Origin: a virus | DNA length: 64,000 nucleotides | IMG/VR virus record: IMGVR_UViG_3300032294_001228 | Coordinates: 32,001 to 96,000 of that record | Direction: 5' to 3' (one strand) | Shown here: positions 58,368 through 64,000 of the stretch, in pieces | How the letters are laid out: each line of letters begins with the position of its first letter | How positions within the stretch are numbered: position 1 is the first letter of the stretch | Notes under the pieces: model-generated | Database searches by the model: none | Seen by the model: the letters and a program-made list of their open reading frames with translations, nothing else | Told to the model about the DNA's origin: nothing | Made by a program: the position numbers and the translations under genes

Positions 58368-59095
58368 AATCGATTGAATTTATCATTGAACGCTGTTGGA
58401 AAGGCTACAAGCAGGTGGGTGGCAAGAAAAAAGGTGGCCGCATGGTTCCTAACTGCGTGCCTGTAGAAGAGTCACGTCGCGACCCTACAGAATTGTTCAA
58501 ACCCGAAGACAGCGAGTTAGATGATCTGCATCACAAATACATAGCCACTTGGACTATGTTAGATCATCACATATTGGAAAAGACCTATGCGTTCGCAGAC
58601 GATGATACTGCTGAACAGTTCATTGACATGGTAAACGAATTTAGTGAAGTCATGGATCACAATGCGGTAATCACGCAGGACAATGCAGAAGTCAAACTAC
58701 AGATCACTACCAATGATGTCAAAGGCCTAACCATACTAGATTTTGAATTTGCCTTGCGTGCAGATGATGCGGCTGACACACTAGATGGTCAATCTCAAGG
58801 TCATCCAACAAACGCTGTGAACGAAAATCTACGTGACTGGTTTGGTAAAGGCAAGCAAGGTGGTGCAGGTGGTGGAGGTTGGGACAGATATAATACCAAA
58901 GGTGAACGCATAGGCAAGTGTGGAGATCGTAAGCCAGGTGAAGGTAAACCTAAATGCCTAAGCAAGAGCAAAGCCGCGGCACTCCGAGCTAAAGGTGGTA
59001 AGAAAGCTATCGCAGCTGCCGTAAGACGTAAACGTAGTAAAGATACAAATCCTGAACGCAAAGGTCCAGCCATAAACGTGAGCAATAAGATATGA
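58364..59095 (+). CDS. Three-module protein with central pterin-4a-carbinolamine dehydratase-like domain
   Basis: CWKGYKQVG.KKK.G..VPNCVP; LEKTYAF...F...V...SEVMDHNA.I...V...ITT.DVKGLT.LDF..A...D; LRDWF...KPKCL. Confidence 0.65.
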   Translation: MKSIEFIIERCWKGYKQVGGKKKGGRMVPNCVPVEESRRDPTELFKPEDSELDDLHHKYIATWTMLDHHILEKTYAFADDDTAEQFIDMVNEFSEVMDHNAVITQDNAEVKLQITTNDVKGLTILDFEFALRADDAADTLDGQSQGHPTNAVNENLRDWFGKGKQGGAGGGGWDRYNTKGERIGKCGDRKPGEGKPKCLSKSKAAALRAKGGKKAIAAAVRRKRSKDTNPERKGPAINVSNKI

Positions 59096-60507
59096 GAGCT
59101 AGAGACCTAACTAAAGGCAACATAGCCTATCACGATGAGCTGAATCCCCAAGTATGGAATGGTCGCGACTTACGAGTCGATGTCCGCTATAAACTATTAG
59201 AGATAGCCAAACGTTTCATTGAATATCTAGAAGTTCCCAACTTTAAATTAGAAGATGTGATCTTACGTGGTAGCTTAGTAAATTATAACTATACTGCCTA
59301 TAGTGACTTTGACTTACACATCGTCACAGACTTTAGTACACTAGACTGCGACATCACAGAAGCATTCTACATGGCTAAGAAACGTATATGGAACGATGAG
59401 CATGATATCACTATCAAAGGTCATGAAGTAGAATTATATGTAGAAAACAAGGATGCTAAGAATGTATCAGAAGGTACCTACAGCGTGTTAGATGCTCGAT
59501 GGTTACGGACTCCAAAATATCAACAGCCAGATATTGACGATCGTGCTGTTAACGCTAAAGCTCGCGATCTAATGACCCAGATAAATCGTGCTATTAAGTC
59601 TGGCAGTGTAGAAGATATCACACGCTTACAAGACAAGATCAAAACCCTGCGTCAAGGTGGATTAAATCGTGCTGGTGAGTTCTCAACAGAGAATCTAGCG
59701 TTTAAGATCATACGTAACAAAGGTTATCTAGATCGCTTGTACAAAAACAAAAACTCTAAATTTGATCAAGAACTAAGTTTAGATGAAGATATAAAAACAA
59801 ATACACTCATGGCGGCATTGATAGCAGCATTGAGCGGTACGCCAGCACAGGCAGACTATTACTGTAATCCAGAAACCACACAGGCACATCCTAATCAATC
59901 ACAAAATGCTATAACAATAATGAGAGGAATCAACAACGTTAAAAATCTAGAACGTGCTGGTATGCATATAGAAGCTGTTGGTGAAGCGGCCAAACTATTT
60001 AAAAATATCAGCAAGATGCCTAACAAAGATTGTGTTGCACCTATAGTAAAAGATCAACTACCACCACTACAAGATTCTGTAAATGAACGCAAGAAATCTA
60101 AAAAGAAACGATCAAAGCGTAGATATCCTGCGGGTGGATATTATGGATACTATTGGGGCGGACATAATGATAGCTCAGACAGTGCTGGTGATGCTGGAGG
60201 TGGTGGAGATGGCGGCGGCGAAAGCATGTACGAAAGCCAAGCGAGATTAGATCCTGAAGTAGAAGAATTCCTAGATGGATTAACTCCAGATGATGTCGGC
60301 TATGATCTAGTAGGTGATTACATTGTCCACTATGAAGGATTTACTGATCAATGCCAAGACTCTGAAGAATATCAAAATGATCCAGAAGCAGTATTCAATG
60401 ATGTATGGGGTGATTTTAAGCGTCGCATGGGTGACAAAGATCCCGTTAATTATGGCATAGTTGGCGAGCATGACTATCCTATTGTCTATAGTGTGTTTAG
60501 AAAATGA
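59092..60507 (+). CDS. Nucleotidyltransferase-domain protein with appended modules
   Basis: GSLVNYNYT.YSDFDLH, VELYVE, GEFS.ENLAFK..R..GYL; three further segments after LDE, VNE, MYE. Confidence 0.75.
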   Translation: MRARDLTKGNIAYHDELNPQVWNGRDLRVDVRYKLLEIAKRFIEYLEVPNFKLEDVILRGSLVNYNYTAYSDFDLHIVTDFSTLDCDITEAFYMAKKRIWNDEHDITIKGHEVELYVENKDAKNVSEGTYSVLDARWLRTPKYQQPDIDDRAVNAKARDLMTQINRAIKSGSVEDITRLQDKIKTLRQGGLNRAGEFSTENLAFKIIRNKGYLDRLYKNKNSKFDQELSLDEDIKTNTLMAALIAALSGTPAQADYYCNPETTQAHPNQSQNAITIMRGINNVKNLERAGMHIEAVGEAAKLFKNISKMPNKDCVAPIVKDQLPPLQDSVNERKKSKKKRSKRRYPAGGYYGYYWGGHNDSSDSAGDAGGGGDGGGESMYESQARLDPEVEEFLDGLTPDDVGYDLVGDYIVHYEGFTDQCQDSEEYQNDPEAVFNDVWGDFKRRMGDKDPVNYGIVGEHDYPIVYSVFRK

Positions 60508-61805
60508 GAGCACGTCAGTTTATATTAGAATACAATCAACAGGCCACAGCACAACGCTTTGGTGATAAACTCTTACAGGCTGCTGTAAAAGATCCTAGTC
60601 CAGAGATTTATAACATCTATTCTTTATTAAACGATCGCAAAGAGTTCAAAGATTTTAACTTAGATCCAAATACTAAAACCAATATCCTAATCTCAATCAT
60701 GCAGGCCATTGAAGGTGCAGATCCAACTAAGAACAAAGAATACACAGTGTTCCTGGCTAAGATGTATGCCCAGGGTGGATGGGGTGCTCGTATCGAAGAC
60801 TTAGAAAGTAAAGTCAAACCAGCATTAGAAAAATTCCACTTATTAAAACTTAAGAAGAAAATACCAGCACCACGTAACGATATCATGCGTTACAGTGACC
60901 TAGCAGACTTTGTAGCGGTAATAGATGAATATCCAGATCCAGAAGAAAAGAAACAAGTAGACAAAGGCACTGCCAAAACAGTATTTGAAAATGATGCTGT
61001 GCGCATAGTCGTTCCAGAAGATCAAAATGCCGCTTGCTATTATGGTCAAGGCACACGTTGGTGTACAGCCGCTAAGACCAGCACCAATTACTTTAATCAT
61101 TACAGCAAAGAAGGCAACTTATATATACTTCTACCTAAACAACCCAAGCACGATGGTGAGAAATATCAACTGCACTTCCCTAGTGAACAGTTCATGGATG
61201 AAAATGACTATGGTGTTGAAAATATAGTCAACTTATTAGAACACCGCTTTGGCAATTTAGTGCCATGGTTCCAAGAACACGAGCCAGCTATACGTGAGTG
61301 GGTTATGTTTGCCCGTGATGAAGATTTAAAAGAGCCCTTGATGCAGATTGGCGAAATCGTCATGGAACATGTTTGGGAAATGATCAATGATTGGGAAATA
61401 AACGATGACTACTGGTATGAGCATCTACGCAAAGAAGGCTATGTATATCCAGAAGGACATGAAGAAGAAGGCATGATTGACTGGGACAAGGCTGCAGAGG
61501 ATGACGTCGATTATCTCAACTGGAACTATGATGCCAATGATTGGTTTCTCGCAGCCAAAGAAGCTGTTGAACTAAGTCCAACTCAGGCACGTCGTGGTGC
61601 AGAAGAGGGCTACGAAGAAGAAGGTGAAATAATCACCATGGGTGAACTGGAATTAATACCGGCCTACAATGTTCGCCAGGCATTCCTCCGCAGCCGTGAT
61701 GGTGATGGTGGATTAGAAGAGTGGATACACAAACGTATCGTCATGCAGAAAGATGGTGACAAGTGGGTGGCTAAATTTTATACTCCACCTAAGAAAACGA
61801 CATAA
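60504..61805 (+). CDS. PcfJ-like domain protein
   Basis: AACYYG.GTRWCTA...F..Y...G.LYI...KYQLHF...QFMDE.D. Confidence 0.6.
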   Translation: MRARQFILEYNQQATAQRFGDKLLQAAVKDPSPEIYNIYSLLNDRKEFKDFNLDPNTKTNILISIMQAIEGADPTKNKEYTVFLAKMYAQGGWGARIEDLESKVKPALEKFHLLKLKKKIPAPRNDIMRYSDLADFVAVIDEYPDPEEKKQVDKGTAKTVFENDAVRIVVPEDQNAACYYGQGTRWCTAAKTSTNYFNHYSKEGNLYILLPKQPKHDGEKYQLHFPSEQFMDENDYGVENIVNLLEHRFGNLVPWFQEHEPAIREWVMFARDEDLKEPLMQIGEIVMEHVWEMINDWEINDDYWYEHLRKEGYVYPEGHEEEGMIDWDKAAEDDVDYLNWNYDANDWFLAAKEAVELSPTQARRGAEEGYEEEGEIITMGELELIPAYNVRQAFLRSRDGDGGLEEWIHKRIVMQKDGDKWVAKFYTPPKKTT

Positions 61806-61865
61806 CCCAGGACCGTTTGGTGTTATGAGGCGGCTGCTGCCTTGGAGGGATGCCTAGAGTGAGCA
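61801..61865. ncRNA. Candidate structured RNA element
   Basis: GC-rich intergenic island with two adjacent hairpins (61801-61827, 61828-61842) and no U-tract. Confidence 0.35.
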
Positions 61866-61875
61866 AAGAAAAATT

Positions 61876-62451
61876 ATGCTAACATTAGAACTATTTGAAG
61901 ACAGTCCAGATACCCCCGCAGGTAGCCGTACCAAAGATCTCAACCTTGGTAAGCTATGGTTGCTGACAGAATTAAAGCGTTTGGGCATGGATGAATTTGA
62001 CACTGTGTATGTCTTGGGCAGTTGGTATGGTAGCATGGGTCCTTACTTGTTAGACAAACATATACGATTCCGTACAGCATATTTGATAGACGTCGCAGCA
62101 AAAAACACTGAATGGGTCCAGCAGATGGTTAAGAAATTAGGCATCAATGATCGCATCATTCCAGTGACTCAGGACTGCAATACCACGGACTACAAAGGTC
62201 GTCGTATATTAGTGATCAATACCAGCTGTAATGATGTAGCTAATCAAGGATGGTTTGATCATATCCCAGCTGGCACAGTAGTAGCACTAGAAGGCCGTGA
62301 TAATCAGCCCGATAATCCCACTAATACTACACAGTATCTCGACAAGTTTCATGCAGAATATCCATTAGAAGAGACCTATGTGCTAGATCAGATCCAGCTC
62401 AAGGGCTATGACGACAGTTACAATAGATTCCTCAAGATAGGTACAAAATAA
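61876..62451 (+). CDS. SAM-dependent methyltransferase-like protein
   Basis: VYVLGSWYG, LID, VINTSC, RFLKIG. Confidence 0.6.
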   Translation: MLTLELFEDSPDTPAGSRTKDLNLGKLWLLTELKRLGMDEFDTVYVLGSWYGSMGPYLLDKHIRFRTAYLIDVAAKNTEWVQQMVKKLGINDRIIPVTQDCNTTDYKGRRILVINTSCNDVANQGWFDHIPAGTVVALEGRDNQPDNPTNTTQYLDKFHAEYPLEETYVLDQIQLKGYDDSYNRFLKIGTK

Positions 62452-62460
62452 ATACATAAT

Positions 62461-64000
62461 ATGCGTTATGATCAGTTCAAAATTAACCTACTAGAAGCTA
62501 TCTTAGATGAAGCGGAAATGTCGCCTAAAGCGTTCCAAGAGTTCCTAAATAGTCCTTTAGTTACGGGTATGAAGATGGGTTTTGAACTAGAAGCAGTGAT
62601 ACATAATGTGCGTGAATACGGCGATGACAGTGAAAATGACTACAGCTATGATGAACGTGTCTATGATATAGAAAATATCTTAGAGTTCTTCCGTGGTGGC
62701 GAAGATCCCAATGGTGATAACACTATCAATAAATTACGTAATGACTTATATGATGATTTCATGGAGTGGCAGGATGCTGAGTTTGATGACTACATGAGAA
62801 CTGACGAAGCACAAACTAATTTAAAAGAACTTACTCGTGAAATACTTGATGATCGAGACTACGATGAACGTCAGATAAAACTAGCATTTACTCAAGCTGA
62901 AGAAGGTAAACCTAACGATGCCTACGTAGACGCCGAAATATCAGCGATGGAAAAAATGCGTGACGAATGGCAGGACGGTGATGGTGGTAGCTTTGAGAAA
63001 TACTGCGATGTTATGGACATGAACTACATGAGTGATGTGCAGAACAAATACGAACACTATCTATATTGGCCTTATACCACCTACAGTGACGAAGAATACT
63101 TGAACACAGAATATGTAGCAGATCAATTAAAATATGAAACAGGCATTGATGCCTATGCTAGTGACAGCTATCACGGTACTAGCCGTGCTCGTGCCCAAGA
63201 AAAAGGACAGTGGATTATCGAACCTGATTCCAGCATCTCAGCAGATGGAAGTGACGAAGGTGGCTTAGAGTTCGTCAGTCCAGCATTAGATATCCCTGAA
63301 GCGATTAAACAGATGCAACAGGTCCTAGAGTTTATCCGTGAGTATGGGTATACTAATACATCAACTGGCCTACACATCAACATCTCAGTGCCAGACTACA
63401 ATGTAGACAAATTAGACTATGTTAAACTAGCGATATTCCTTGGTGATAAGCACGTGCTAGAACAGTTTGATCGCCTGAGCAATCACTATTGCGACGGTGC
63501 TTATAAGAAGATTGGTAATAAAGTACAACAGATGAAAGGTGATGAGCTCAAAGCTGTGATGAACAAGATGAAAGAAGGCCTAACATTGGCCGCAAGTAAG
63601 ATCATACACACAGGCTATACTAGCAAATATACATCAATCAACACCAAAGAAGGCTATATCGAATTCCGCGGTCCGGGTGGTGATTATCTAGATAAAGATC
63701 CACAAGAACTAGCCAATACAGCCTTGCGCATGGCTCTAGCCCTACGTATCGCTACAGATCCAGAGATGTATAAGAAAGAATATCAAAAACGCTTATACAA
63801 AGTCTTAACTGACTCTGGTGAGAAAGATGACCTAGTCAAGTTCAAAGACTACGTGGCCCGTTTCCAAACTGCTGATAAAGAAACAAGAGGCTACATCATA
63901 CAGACTATACAAGCAGAACGTGAAGCACGCAAGGCTAAGAAGAAAAAGCCAGAAGGTGAGTCACGTCCATACTGGATGGTACGCCGTCGTGGTGACACCA
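62461..64000 (+). CDS. Putative amidoligase (COOH-NH2 ligase) domain protein, runs off window end (absent from ORF track)
   Basis: MRYDQFKINLLE...GFELE...IEPDSSI...GLEFVSP...TNTSTGLHINIS...KYTSIN...YIEFR.PGG; ATAAATA at 62448-62454. Confidence 0.8.
   Translation, partial: MRYDQFKINLLEAILDEAEMSPKAFQEFLNSPLVTGMKMGFELEAVIHNVREYGDDSENDYSYDERVYDIENILEFFRGGEDPNGDNTINKLRNDLYDDFMEWQDAEFDDYMRTDEAQTNLKELTREILDDRDYDERQIKLAFTQAEEGKPNDAYVDAEISAMEKMRDEWQDGDGGSFEKYCDVMDMNYMSDVQNKYEHYLYWPYTTYSDEEYLNTEYVADQLKYETGIDAYASDSYHGTSRARAQEKGQWIIEPDSSISADGSDEGGLEFVSPALDIPEAIKQMQQVLEFIREYGYTNTSTGLHINISVPDYNVDKLDYVKLAIFLGDKHVLEQFDRLSNHYCDGAYKKIGNKVQQMKGDELKAVMNKMKEGLTLAASKIIHTGYTSKYTSINTKEGYIEFRGPGGDYLDKDPQELANTALRMALALRIATDPEMYKKEYQKRLYKVLTDSGEKDDLVKFKDYVARFQTADKETRGYIIQTIQAEREARKAKKKKPEGESRPYWMVRRRGDT

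Noticed and set aside
63171-63383. Minus-strand 70-aa ORF as the only gene at the window end
   Set aside because: It is antisense to a long plus-strand amidoligase ORF from 62461 that the track omits because its stop lies beyond the window.

Overview
This is a 64 kb segment of a large (jumbo-type) T4-like dsDNA bacteriophage genome. It is AT-rich, densely coded, almost entirely on the + strand and uses the standard genetic code. Evidence for phage identity: tail-fibre and baseplate-like genes, a GH19 endolysin-spanin-holin lysis cassette, clamp loader, DNA ligase, PhoH and MazG. It has two promoter classes: near-consensus sigma70 promoters before non-structural genes, and a recurring ATAAATA T4-late-like motif before virion and cargo genes. 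Host-like auxiliary genes include GroES/GroEL, a second co-chaperonin, DnaJ, ClpA, IF-1, ErpA, Dps, SpeD, FabF and two fatty-acid desaturases; several look proteobacterial. Best-supported unusual signals: (1) a -1 programmed ribosomal frameshift signal (G GGA AAA, 5-nt spacer, H-type pseudoknot) at the end of the holin gene that would add an unannotated 77-aa acidic tail; (2) a late-gene block of about a dozen enzymes and polyproteins with T4 internal-protein-like leaders ending in hydrophobic-X-E, plus internal X-X-E junctions, suggesting head-packaged, protease-processed cargo; (3) two enzyme clusters (FabF/desaturase and sulfotransferase-like/diiron/amidotransferase) preceded by the same 16-nt motif; (4) a GC-rich structured intergenic element at about 61.8 kb. 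No tRNA, rRNA, CRISPR array or transposase was recognised. All functional calls come from motif recognition by eye, without database searches.
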